This document shows positions 24,191-32,740 of a stretch of DNA of 39,653 bases, one piece after another. Below the pieces are notes generated by a model. That model searched no databases. It saw only the letters and a list, made by a program, of their open reading frames with translations, and was not told where the DNA came from. This stretch comes from Woeseiaceae bacterium (GTDB lineage: Bacteria; Pseudomonadota; Gammaproteobacteria; Steroidobacterales; Woeseiaceae), in NCBI GenBank assembly GCA_022866645.1, contig JALHUQ010000428.1, forward strand, positions 1 through 39,653, given 5' to 3'. Position numbers and translations under genes: made by a program. The first letter of the stretch is position 1. The number at the start of each line of letters is the position of its first letter.

Positions 24191-25838
24191 TACGACGAAG
24201 AACGGTCGGGCGAGAGCCGAGGCCCTGGATCCTCGCCATCGACCCGATGCGGCGCCGGCATCGGCGGTCGAGTTAATCTCCCATGGGCGCGTGCTGATTG
24301 TCGGCGAGGAAAGCGGTGTGCTGTACGCGGCGCAACGGCTCGACGACGACCTGGTGGCGACCGTCTGGGTGCCGGGAGACGCGCGGCCGACGACCGCCAC
24401 CGTCGACGGGCTAACCATCGTGCGGGGCGGCCAGCCGCAACTCTCGGGAACCCTGGGTAATTTCAGGTTGAGCTTCCCCGCTTCGGGCGATGGCAGCAAT
24501 CCGGATGCAATAGCGACCCTCGCTAAAGCGTGCTTTGACCTGGTGCTCGACCTCAACGACGCGCCGATGCTCCGACGGGAAGTGCTGCCGCCAGGCTATT
24601 ACGCGCCCGGCAGAGATGCCTACGCGTTGGAAGATGCCATCGCCGAACTCCCCGACATGCGCGGCGAGTTCGAGAAACCCAAGTATTTCAATTTCGACCC
24701 GAACATCTGCGCACACGGGCGCCGCGGAATCAGCGGCTGCACGCGGTGTCTCGATGTGTGCCCGACCCTGGCGATTACATCGATTGGCGAAACCGTGCAG
24801 GTCGATGAAAACATCTGCCAGGGCTTCGGCAGCTGCGCATCGGTTTGCCCGACCGGTGCGATCACCTACGCCTTTCCCGGCACCCGCGATTTGCTAGCTT
24901 ACCTGCGCACCGTTGTCGTCCAGTATGGCGAAAGCGGCGGTGCCGATCCCGTGCTGCTGTTTTACGACGGCGCATCCGCCGGCCCGATCGCCGACGAGTT
25001 CGCGCAGTCGCTGCCGGAAAACGCGCTGCCCGTCGAGCTGGAGGAAGTCGGCTCGGTCGGCATGGACACCTGGCTTGCGTGCCTCGCCTATGGCGTGCGC
25101 CGGATCCTGATCCTGGCGGGAGCCGAGACTCCACGCAGTATCGTGGAGGCACTTGAAGGGCAGATTAAAGTGACCGCAAAGGTACTCGAGGGCATGGGTT
25201 ACCCGGGTGCTGCCGTGCAGCTGGTCGATATCAGCGATGGCAAAACGCCCGCCGCAGCCGTGAGTTCCGACCAGGCAATCGACCTCGCCCGACCTGCGCG
25301 TTTTGTCCCGCCCGGGGAGAAACGCCTGTTGCTGCGTACGGCGATCAATCACCTGTTCGCCGCGGCGCCCACCCGCAAGAAGGTCGAGCCGTTGCCGGCA
25401 GGCGCCCCGTTCGGCCGAATCCGCGTCAACAAGTCCGCATGTACGATGTGCATGAGCTGCGTCGCGGTCTGCCCGACGTCCGCGCTGCGCGCGGGCCAGG
25501 GTCTGCCGCAGCTGAACTTCGTGGAATGGTCGTGCATCCAGTGCGGGCTCTGCGAAACCGCCTGCCCCGAGGACGCAATACAGTCCGAGCCACGATTCCT
25601 GTACGACGATAACGAACGCAGCACGCCGCGCGTGCTGCACGAAGAGCAACCCATGTGCTGCGTCTCCTGCGGCAAGCCGTTCGCGACGCGCTCGACGCTC
25701 GACGCCATGATGAAGAAGCTCGAGGGCCACTGGATGTTCCAGAGCAAGGCCGAGCGGCGGCGCCTGGAAATGTGCGACATCTGCCGCGTAAAAGACATGA
25801 TGCGCGACCAGGGCGGCGACGGCCCGCGATCGGTCTGA
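24168..25838 (+). CDS. Large 4Fe-4S dicluster (poly-ferredoxin-like) protein with C-terminal Cys4 motif
   Basis: Two ferredoxin-type dicluster units (CTRCLDVCP / CQGFGSCASVCP and CTMCMSCVAVCP / CIQCGLCETACP) plus CCVSCG...CDICR at the C-terminus. It overlaps DUF3306 by 23 nt. Confidence 0.8.
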   Translation: MNNLQLPDTTKNGRARAEALDPRHRPDAAPASAVELISHGRVLIVGEESGVLYAAQRLDDDLVATVWVPGDARPTTATVDGLTIVRGGQPQLSGTLGNFRLSFPASGDGSNPDAIATLAKACFDLVLDLNDAPMLRREVLPPGYYAPGRDAYALEDAIAELPDMRGEFEKPKYFNFDPNICAHGRRGISGCTRCLDVCPTLAITSIGETVQVDENICQGFGSCASVCPTGAITYAFPGTRDLLAYLRTVVVQYGESGGADPVLLFYDGASAGPIADEFAQSLPENALPVELEEVGSVGMDTWLACLAYGVRRILILAGAETPRSIVEALEGQIKVTAKVLEGMGYPGAAVQLVDISDGKTPAAAVSSDQAIDLARPARFVPPGEKRLLLRTAINHLFAAAPTRKKVEPLPAGAPFGRIRVNKSACTMCMSCVAVCPTSALRAGQGLPQLNFVEWSCIQCGLCETACPEDAIQSEPRFLYDDNERSTPRVLHEEQPMCCVSCGKPFATRSTLDAMMKKLEGHWMFQSKAERRRLEMCDICRVKDMMRDQGGDGPRSV

Positions 25839-26021
25839 TCTCGGCGTGGCCGCGCGCAGGTAGCGCTTTTTCAGTATGGAACAAAATGTCGCATATTTTG
25901 GATTTGATCGCTCTCATCAAGTCATTATCACGGTACTAAACGTATTTGACACCACTGGCAGCCGATGCCGGAATGGGTCTAAAATGACCGGGTGCCAAGG
26001 GGGTACGCAGAGCCGAGAGAA

Positions 26022-26702
26022 ATGAACGAAGCGCCTGCAATATGTGAAACGACGACGGTGGGGGCCGGCGTCGTGACAGTCGAGCCGGAAAACAAGCTGC
26101 GCGCGGACACCTATCGACTGCTCGGCCGCCTGCTGAGCACGCCACCGGATGACGCCACTCTCGCGCTGCTGGCAACAGCGCCGACAAGCGAAGAAGACAA
26201 CCTGCTGGCTGTGGCCTGGCGACTGCTGGCGACATCAGCCGGGCGTGCCGTCGCAAACCAGATGTCAAGCGAATACGAGGCGCTTTTTATCGGGCTCGGC
26301 CGCGGCGAACTGATGCCGTATGCATCGTGGTACCTGACCGGCTACCTGATGGAGCAACCACTCGCCCAGCTGCGTTCCGACATGAGGGAGCTCGGCTTCG
26401 AACGTCGCGACAACGTCAGCGAGCCGGAGGATCATGCGGCAGCGCTGTGCGAGATCATGGCGTTGCTCGCAGCAGAAGACCATGCCTGCGGTCTCGCGCA
26501 GCAGGCGAAATTTTTCCACACACACGTCGAGCCGTGGCTGGCGCGGTTTTTCCGCGACATGCAGCAGGCTCGCTCGGCGTGCTTTTATCGCGCCGTCGGA
26601 CAGCTGGGCGAACAATTCATCGAGACCGACCAGCGTTATCTGGAGATGGTGCAAAGGCCGGATGGCACCGCGATCCAACGCAACCGACCCGTGGCTTCAT
26701 AA
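26022..26702 (+). CDS. TorD/DmsD family redox-enzyme maturation chaperone
   Basis: A ~226-aa helical protein (RADTYRLLGRLL, EYEALFIG, PYASWY, EPEDHAAALCEIMA) directly upstream of the Tat-dependent FDH. The ORF track's 25992 start is GTG. ATG 26022 is chosen with low certainty. Confidence 0.75.
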   Translation: MNEAPAICETTTVGAGVVTVEPENKLRADTYRLLGRLLSTPPDDATLALLATAPTSEEDNLLAVAWRLLATSAGRAVANQMSSEYEALFIGLGRGELMPYASWYLTGYLMEQPLAQLRSDMRELGFERRDNVSEPEDHAAALCEIMALLAAEDHACGLAQQAKFFHTHVEPWLARFFRDMQQARSACFYRAVGQLGEQFIETDQRYLEMVQRPDGTAIQRNRPVAS

Positions 26703-26738
26703 GCAACGGCGATCGGTCGCATGACAGGAGAGAAGAAG

Positions 26739-26945
26739 ATGAGTCGTAAATCGCGTACGTACACCGATGACCGGCGTACATTTCTCAAGAAGCTTGCCGC
26801 GGCAGGCGGGGCAACAGCGGCCGTCACAATGGCTGGCCATTCGGCTTTCGCCGCGCCGGAAACAGGCACCTCGTCCGAGCCAAAACCGCAGGGCTACCGG
26901 GAAACGCCCCACATTAATACCTACTACCGTACAGCTCGCCTGTAA
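26739..26945 (+). CDS. Small twin-arginine-signal protein ('formate dehydrogenase region TAT target' type)
   Basis: AGGAG lies 8 nt upstream of ATG 26739. The sequence has DRRTFLKKLAAAGGATAAVTMAGHSAFA and then a ~30-aa tail ending GYRETPHINTYYRTARL. Confidence 0.75.
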   Translation: MSRKSRTYTDDRRTFLKKLAAAGGATAAVTMAGHSAFAAPETGTSSEPKPQGYRETPHINTYYRTARL

Positions 26946-26996
26946 CCGGCCAACGCACCGGTTTCGGCGTTTACTGCAACTGATGGGAGATTAGCG

Positions 26997-29909
26997 ATGA
27001 AGCTGATCAAGAAGCGAGATCTTACCGCCACAGAGACGGCCAGTGTAACGAGCCGCGTGCTCGGGTCCATGGTGGACCGCCGCGCATTCCTGCGACGCGC
27101 AGGATTGGGCCTTGGTGGCACCGCCGTAGCTGCGACACTGCCGATGACGATGATTCATCGTGCGCAGGCAGCGCCGAGCGCTGGCGCGGGAGGCGATGTC
27201 GAAATCCGCAAGTCCGTCTGCACGCACTGCTCGGTGGGTTGCGGCGTCGTCGCGGAAATCCAGAACGGTGTCTGGACCGGACAGGAGCCCGACTTCGATT
27301 CGCCGTTCAACATGGGCGGCCATTGTGCAAAAGGCGCATCGGTGCGCGAGCACGGGCACGGCGAGCGTCGGCTCAAATACCCGATGAAACTCGACGGCGG
27401 CAAGTGGACGCGCGTTTCATGGCAGCAGGCCATAGACGAAATCGGCGACCAAGTGCTCGATATTCGAAAACGCTCGGGTCCGGATTCGGTGTACTGGCTG
27501 GGCTCGGCGAAATTCAGTAACGAGCAGGCGTACCTGTTCCGAAAATTTGCCGCCCTTTGGGGCACCAACAACGTCGATCACCAGGCCCGCATTTGCCATT
27601 CGACGACGGTCGCCGGCGTCGCCAATACCTGGGGCTACGGCGCGATGACCAACTCGTACAACGACATGCACAATTGCAAAGCGATGTTCTTCATCGGCAG
27701 TAATGCCGCAGAAGCACATCCGGTCGCGATGCAGCACATACTGCGCGGCAAGGAGAACGGCGCGAAGATGATCGTCGTCGACCCGCGCTTCACGCGCACG
27801 GCGGCGCACGCAGACCAGTACGTTCGTATCCGCCCGGGTACCGACGTGCCGCTGATCTGGGGAATGCTCTGGCACATCTTCGAAAACGGCTGGGAGGACA
27901 CACGGTACATCAAGCAGCGCGTCTACGGCATGGATGAAATTCGTACCGAGGTAGCGAAGTGGACCCCGGACGTCGTCGAGAACGTTTGCGGCGTGCCGGA
28001 AGAGGACGTCAAGCTGGCCGCGCAGACCATGGCCGAGAATCGCCCCGGCACGATTGTCTGGTGCATGGGCGGCACGCAGCACACGATCGGCAACAACAAC
28101 ACACGCGCCTATTGTGCGCTGCAACTGGCGCTCGGCAACATCGGCGTATCCGGAGGCGGCGCGAATATCTTCCGCGGCCACGACAACGTTCAGGGTGCCA
28201 CCGATCTCGGCGTGCTCTCACACACGCTGCCGGGTTATTACGGTCTCGCCGAGGGCTCATGGAAGCACTGGGCGAGAGTCTGGGACCTTGATTACGATTG
28301 GGTAGCAGGTCGCTTCGATAGCGGCTATGTCGATACCGCCGCCGACGTCGAGGAAGGTCAGGCGCCGGTGCCATTCGCCGACCCGATGAACTCTGCCGGC
28401 ATCCCTGTCTCGCGCTGGATCGACGGCGTTCTCGAGGACAGCCGGCTGATCGACCAGCGCGACCAGCTTAAGGCAATGTTCTTCTGGGGCCACGCGCCGA
28501 ACAGCCAGACTCGCGGCCCGGAAATGAAAACGGCACTCGAGACGCTGGAGCTCGTTGTCGTCATCGATCCGTACCCGACGCACACCGCTGTCTTGCCGGA
28601 TCGCAAGGAGGGAATGTACCTGCTGCCGGCCGCGACCCAGTTCGAGACTTACGGCTCGGTTACTGCATCGAACCGCTCGCTCCAGTGGCGCGACAAGCTG
28701 ATCGACCCGCTGTTCGAATCGCTGCCCGATCACACGATCATGTACAAGCTGGCCAGCAAGCTTGGATTCGCGAACGAGCTGACCAAGCACATCAAGGTCG
28801 AGAACGATGAACCGCTGGTCGAGGATGTTCTGCGCGAGATCAATCGCGGCATGTGGACGATCGGTTATACGGGCCAGAGCCCCGAGCGTCTCAAGCTGCA
28901 CATGGCCAACAAGCATACCTTCAACGTGACGACGCTGAAGGCCGAAGGCGGACCGTGTGACGGCGATTATTACGGGCTGCCATGGCCAAGCTGGGGCACG
29001 CCGGAAATGAAACATCCCGGAACGCCGGTGCTGTACGACACGAGCAAGTCGGTGGCCGAGGGCGGCCTGAATTTCCGCGCTCGCTTCGGCGTGGAGCACA
29101 ACGGCGTCAACCTGCTGGCGGAGGACTCCTACAGCAAGGGCGCCGAAATCAAGGATGGCTATCCGGAATTCACCGCGGACATGCTGAAACAGCTCGGCTG
29201 GTGGGACGATCTCACTGCCGAGGAAAAACAGGCCGCCGAGGGCAAGAACTGGAAGACCGACCTGTCGGGTGGTATCCAGCGCGTTGCGATCAAGCACGGC
29301 TGCGCGCCGTTCGGCAACGCCAAGGCCCGTTGCGTGGTCTGGACATTCCCGGATCCGGTGCCGGTGCATCGCGAACCCCTCTACACCTCGCGTCGCGACC
29401 TTGTCGACAAATATCCGACCTACGAGGACGTCAAGAGCCATTACCGGCTGCCGACGCGCTACGAGTCGATACAGGCGAAAGACTACTCGGTCGATTACCC
29501 GCTGATTCACACGAGCGGGCGCCTGGTCGAGTACGAAGGAGGTGGCGAGGAGTCTCGCTCGAACCCGTGGCTTGCCGAGTTGCAACAGGAGATGTTCGCC
29601 GAGATCAACCCGGCCGACGCCAACGACGCCAGTATTCGCGACGGTCAATGGATCTGGCTGGAGGGTCCGGAAGGTGGCCGCATCAAGATCAAGGCCATGG
29701 TTACCAGACGCGTCGCGCGCGGCGTGGTGTTCACGCCGTTCCATTTCGGCGGCTGGTTCGAAGGCAAGGACCTGCTGGACAAGTATCCGGAGGGCGCCGC
29801 TCCGTACGTACGCGGCGAGGCCTGTAACACGGCCTTCACCTACGGGTACGACTCCGTCACGCAGATGCAGGAAACTAAAGCTTCCCTCTGCAAGATCATC
29901 GCAGCTTAG
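26997..29909 (+). CDS. Periplasmic formate dehydrogenase catalytic (alpha) subunit, bis-MGD, Cys-type
   Basis: Tat signal VDRRAFLRRAGLGLGG. The 4Fe-4S motif is CTHCSVGCG...GGHCAKG. The active-site context ARICHSTTVAGV has Cys (codon 27594-27596) where Sec-type enzymes have U. Length is 970 aa. Confidence 0.92.
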   Translation: MKLIKKRDLTATETASVTSRVLGSMVDRRAFLRRAGLGLGGTAVAATLPMTMIHRAQAAPSAGAGGDVEIRKSVCTHCSVGCGVVAEIQNGVWTGQEPDFDSPFNMGGHCAKGASVREHGHGERRLKYPMKLDGGKWTRVSWQQAIDEIGDQVLDIRKRSGPDSVYWLGSAKFSNEQAYLFRKFAALWGTNNVDHQARICHSTTVAGVANTWGYGAMTNSYNDMHNCKAMFFIGSNAAEAHPVAMQHILRGKENGAKMIVVDPRFTRTAAHADQYVRIRPGTDVPLIWGMLWHIFENGWEDTRYIKQRVYGMDEIRTEVAKWTPDVVENVCGVPEEDVKLAAQTMAENRPGTIVWCMGGTQHTIGNNNTRAYCALQLALGNIGVSGGGANIFRGHDNVQGATDLGVLSHTLPGYYGLAEGSWKHWARVWDLDYDWVAGRFDSGYVDTAADVEEGQAPVPFADPMNSAGIPVSRWIDGVLEDSRLIDQRDQLKAMFFWGHAPNSQTRGPEMKTALETLELVVVIDPYPTHTAVLPDRKEGMYLLPAATQFETYGSVTASNRSLQWRDKLIDPLFESLPDHTIMYKLASKLGFANELTKHIKVENDEPLVEDVLREINRGMWTIGYTGQSPERLKLHMANKHTFNVTTLKAEGGPCDGDYYGLPWPSWGTPEMKHPGTPVLYDTSKSVAEGGLNFRARFGVEHNGVNLLAEDSYSKGAEIKDGYPEFTADMLKQLGWWDDLTAEEKQAAEGKNWKTDLSGGIQRVAIKHGCAPFGNAKARCVVWTFPDPVPVHREPLYTSRRDLVDKYPTYEDVKSHYRLPTRYESIQAKDYSVDYPLIHTSGRLVEYEGGGEESRSNPWLAELQQEMFAEINPADANDASIRDGQWIWLEGPEGGRIKIKAMVTRRVARGVVFTPFHFGGWFEGKDLLDKYPEGAAPYVRGEACNTAFTYGYDSVTQMQETKASLCKIIAA

Positions 29910-29920
29910 GAGACTCGATC

Positions 29921-30514
29921 ATGGCACGAATGAAATTTCTCTGTGACGCCGAACGCTGCATCGAATGCAACGGTTGCGTAACAGCCTGCAAGAACGAGCA
30001 CGAGGTGCCCTGGGGTGTTAACCGACGTCGCGTCGTAACCCTCGATGATGGTGTCCCGGGCGAAAAGTCGATCTCGGTAGCCTGCATGCACTGCACGGAC
30101 GCGCCGTGCGCGGCCGTCTGCCCGGTCGACTGTTTCTACACGACCGACGACGGCGTCGTGCTGCACGACAAGGACCTTTGCATCGGCTGCGGCTACTGCT
30201 TCTACGCCTGCCCCTTCGGCGCACCGCAGTTCCCGCAGAAAGAGGCTTTCGGCGTGCGCGGCAAGATGGACAAGTGTACGTTCTGCGCCGGCGGACCCGA
30301 GGAAGACAACTCCGCGGCCGAGCGCGAGAAGTACGGGCGCAACCGCATTGCCGAAGGCAAATTGCCGTTATGTGCGGAGATGTGCAGTACCAAGGCGCTG
30401 CTGGCCGGTGACGGCGACATGGTCGCGGACATTTACCGCGATCGCATCACGAAGCGCGGCGGTCGGCCCGAGACATGGGGCTGGGAGACCGCGTACAAGA
30501 AGAGCGACGCCTGA
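29921..30514 (+). CDS. Formate dehydrogenase iron-sulfur (beta) subunit, FDH3-type without membrane anchor
   Basis: 197 aa with four Cys clusters (CIECNGCVTAC, CMHCTDAPCAAVCP, CIGCGYCFYACP, CTFC...CAEMC). Confidence 0.88.
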   Translation: MARMKFLCDAERCIECNGCVTACKNEHEVPWGVNRRRVVTLDDGVPGEKSISVACMHCTDAPCAAVCPVDCFYTTDDGVVLHDKDLCIGCGYCFYACPFGAPQFPQKEAFGVRGKMDKCTFCAGGPEEDNSAAEREKYGRNRIAEGKLPLCAEMCSTKALLAGDGDMVADIYRDRITKRGGRPETWGWETAYKKSDA

Positions 30515-30544
30515 CAAGAAAAGCGTCGCAAGGAAGAGCGGATC

Positions 30545-30766
30545 ATGACGAAGAGCATCATGAAGACGAGTCGCGCACTGGCGGTGGCGATGGTCGTGGG
30601 CATCGCGTCACTCAGCTCGACCGGATGCACGGAACGGAGTGCGGTCACCTGGCACGAACCCGGCGTCTACAAGGGCGGTGACGATCCGCTGCTGGCAAAG
30701 CAGAAGGATTCGCAACAAATCGCGGCCCTGCAGGAACGGTTAGTCATGGGACAGTCGGACCGATAG
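30545..30766 (+). CDS. Small predicted lipoprotein (68-73 aa) between the FDH beta and gamma genes
   Basis: MKTSRALAVAMVVGIASLSSTGC has lipobox LSSTGC. The start is either ATG 30545 or ATG 30560. A GGAAGAG-like SD lies upstream. Confidence 0.55.
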   Translation: MTKSIMKTSRALAVAMVVGIASLSSTGCTERSAVTWHEPGVYKGGDDPLLAKQKDSQQIAALQERLVMGQSDR

Positions 30767-30838
30767 CGAGACTGGTCCGCATAAGCGAATGGACGCCGCG
30801 ACCCTGGCGGGTGCGCGGCGCAAAGAGGAGCCTGGTCA

Positions 30839-31906
30839 ATGCGTGCACAAACAATCACTAGGAAACCCCGGAGCCGTCGTCGTATCGCCCTCGTCACGGT
30901 CGCACTGTCGATGTTGCTGGCTATGGCGTTGCCGTTGACCGGCTACATCGCACACGACGCCGGCCTGGCATGGGCCCAGTCCGACGACGCCGAAAAAGAG
31001 GCGGTCAACCCGCGCTCCGACTATTGGCGCGCCGTACGCCAGGGAACGGAAGGCTATTCCGCCGTGTCGGGGTCTGAAGCCGGCGTTCTGATCCAGAACG
31101 GCGGCGAGAACTGGCGCAATGTGCGCAACGGGCCCCTTAAATTTGTCGGCGGATCGTTGCTGATCGCCGTACTCATCGCGATCCTCGTGAAACACCTGGT
31201 CAAGGGCAAGGATATGCTCGACTCGCCGACCGGCCGCAAAATGACCCGCTGGGGTGGCTTCGATCGTGCCCTGCACTGGTACGTCGGTATCACGTTCATC
31301 ATCCTCTCGATCACAGGCCTGAGTCTGCTGTTCGGACGAGCGCTGCTGATCCCCTTGCTGGGCAAGGAAGGCTTCGCTGCCTGGGCGCAGCTGTCCAAGC
31401 CTGTACACGACTATCTGGCCCTGCCGTTCATTGTCGGCTTCGCACTCATGCTGCTCATCTGGATTCCGAGGAACATTCTACGGAGCCATGACTTCGCGTG
31501 GCTCAAGTCCGTGGGCGGCCTGATCGGCAAGGATCATCCGCAAGCCGGCTTCATGAACGGCGGCGAGAAGGTCTTCTTCTGGATCCTGTTCTTCGGCGGT
31601 GTTGCACTGATGGTGTCCGGCTTCTACCTGCTGTTCCCGAACCTGGGTTGGGAACGGGACTCGATGCAGCTGTCGCATATCGTGCACTCGGCCAGCGGCT
31701 TGTTCCTCATCGCCATCTCGCTCGGCCACATCTACCTCGGCAGCATCGGTGTCGAAGGCGTGCTCGAGGGCATGGTGGGCGGCGAAGTCGATGAGGGCTT
31801 CGCGAAGCAACACCACAACCTGTGGTACGACGAAGTCAAAGGCATCGCTCCTCCTGAAGAGAGCTCCGCGGCGCCGGACGTTTCGGGCGCAACCCCGACG
31901 ACCTAG
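30839..31906 (+). CDS. Formate dehydrogenase cytochrome b (gamma) subunit with N-terminal periplasmic extension
   Basis: 355 aa with four transmembrane helices carrying conserved His (ALHWYVGITF, VHDYLALPF, SHIVHSASGLFLIAISLGHIYLG) and the FDH-gamma-type N-terminal block NPRSDYWRAVRQG. Confidence 0.85.
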   Translation: MRAQTITRKPRSRRRIALVTVALSMLLAMALPLTGYIAHDAGLAWAQSDDAEKEAVNPRSDYWRAVRQGTEGYSAVSGSEAGVLIQNGGENWRNVRNGPLKFVGGSLLIAVLIAILVKHLVKGKDMLDSPTGRKMTRWGGFDRALHWYVGITFIILSITGLSLLFGRALLIPLLGKEGFAAWAQLSKPVHDYLALPFIVGFALMLLIWIPRNILRSHDFAWLKSVGGLIGKDHPQAGFMNGGEKVFFWILFFGGVALMVSGFYLLFPNLGWERDSMQLSHIVHSASGLFLIAISLGHIYLGSIGVEGVLEGMVGGEVDEGFAKQHHNLWYDEVKGIAPPEESSAAPDVSGATPTT

Positions 31907-31947
31907 CCGACGCAGCAGTTGCCCATTGGTTTTCTGAACGGGCCCCG

Positions 31948-32733
31948 ATGATGACGATCACGGGGCCCGTATTAATTCTGCGGCTGGCTATGGTCCTGCC
32001 AGTCCTCTGGCTGTCATCCTGCGCCACGACCGATACCGGCGCCGATCCCTGGTCCGTTGCGCTGGCCGCGAAGGACCTCGCGGCGATCAATCAGCTGCTC
32101 GACAGTAACGAAGCCGATGCCAATCGCTCCAGGCCCGATGGCAAGACGGCCCTCATGTTTGCCTCACAGTTAAGTGACACCGAACTCGTCGCCCGATTGC
32201 TGACGGCTGGCGCCGACGTCAACGCGCGGAACGCGAACGGCGGTACTGCCCTGATGTACGCGGCCCTGGGCGGCGACGCGACGGTGACAGCACTGCTGCT
32301 CGACGCGGGTGCGCGCCACGACACCAAGGCGAAACTGGGCTGGACGGCCCTTGAAGTGGCTGCCGTCAAGGGACATATATCTGCCGCAAGGAAGTTGCTC
32401 GAAGCTGGCGCGGAACCCGACGTCCGGGATACCTACGGATGGACGCCATTGATGCGCGCCGTCGATACGCGTCGCCTCGCATTCGTGCGGATGCTGCTCG
32501 AAGAGACCAGCGCAGATCTGTGCGCCCGCCAGGAGTCCGGTGCAATGGCCCTGCATATCGCCGCGGCAAGCGGGGACCCGGCGATGGTCAGGCTACTCGT
32601 CGACCATGGCGCAGAGCGGGACGCGACCGACAACGACGGCCGCACGGCTGACGATATTGCGCGGTCGCTGGGTCACGCGGAAATTGCTGACTACCTGTCC
32701 GGAGAGGAACCGCTGGAACAAGGCGGTTCGTGA
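31948..32733 (+). CDS. Ankyrin-repeat protein, predicted periplasmic lipoprotein
   Basis: Signal peptide with lipobox LWLSSC, then 5-6 ankyrin repeats (GKTALMFAS...LLTAGADVNARNANGGTALMYAA...). Confidence 0.8.
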   Translation: MMTITGPVLILRLAMVLPVLWLSSCATTDTGADPWSVALAAKDLAAINQLLDSNEADANRSRPDGKTALMFASQLSDTELVARLLTAGADVNARNANGGTALMYAALGGDATVTALLLDAGARHDTKAKLGWTALEVAAVKGHISAARKLLEAGAEPDVRDTYGWTPLMRAVDTRRLAFVRMLLEETSADLCARQESGAMALHIAAASGDPAMVRLLVDHGAERDATDNDGRTADDIARSLGHAEIADYLSGEEPLEQGGS

Positions 32734-32740
32734 CGGTTTG

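Noticed and set aside
25956-25970. Sigma54-like TGGCA...TGC element upstream of the TorD gene.
   Set aside because: The GG and GC dinucleotides are 10 nt apart (25957 and 25967) instead of the required 12. The nearby TTGACA (25946-25951) and TAAAAT (25980-25985) are 28 nt apart, too far for a sigma70 promoter. No promoter call is made here.
28257-29744. Very long antisense or alternative-frame ORFs. Examples are 28257..29744 (495 aa), 19831..21261 (476 aa), 18246..19310 (354 aa), 17321..18319 (332 aa), 15529..16278, 24894..25730, 27417..28181, 34340..35065, 7397..8113 and 344..1183.
   Set aside because: Each lies entirely opposite to, or out of frame within, a gene with strong family motifs. 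Their translations are Arg/Ala/Pro/Gly-rich low-complexity strings typical of open shadow frames in high-G+C DNA. No motifs were recognised.
26997-29909. Selenocysteine recoding (in-frame TGA plus SECIS) in the FDH alpha genes.
   Set aside because: Both alpha genes read through the active-site position with a Cys codon and contain no in-frame TGA.
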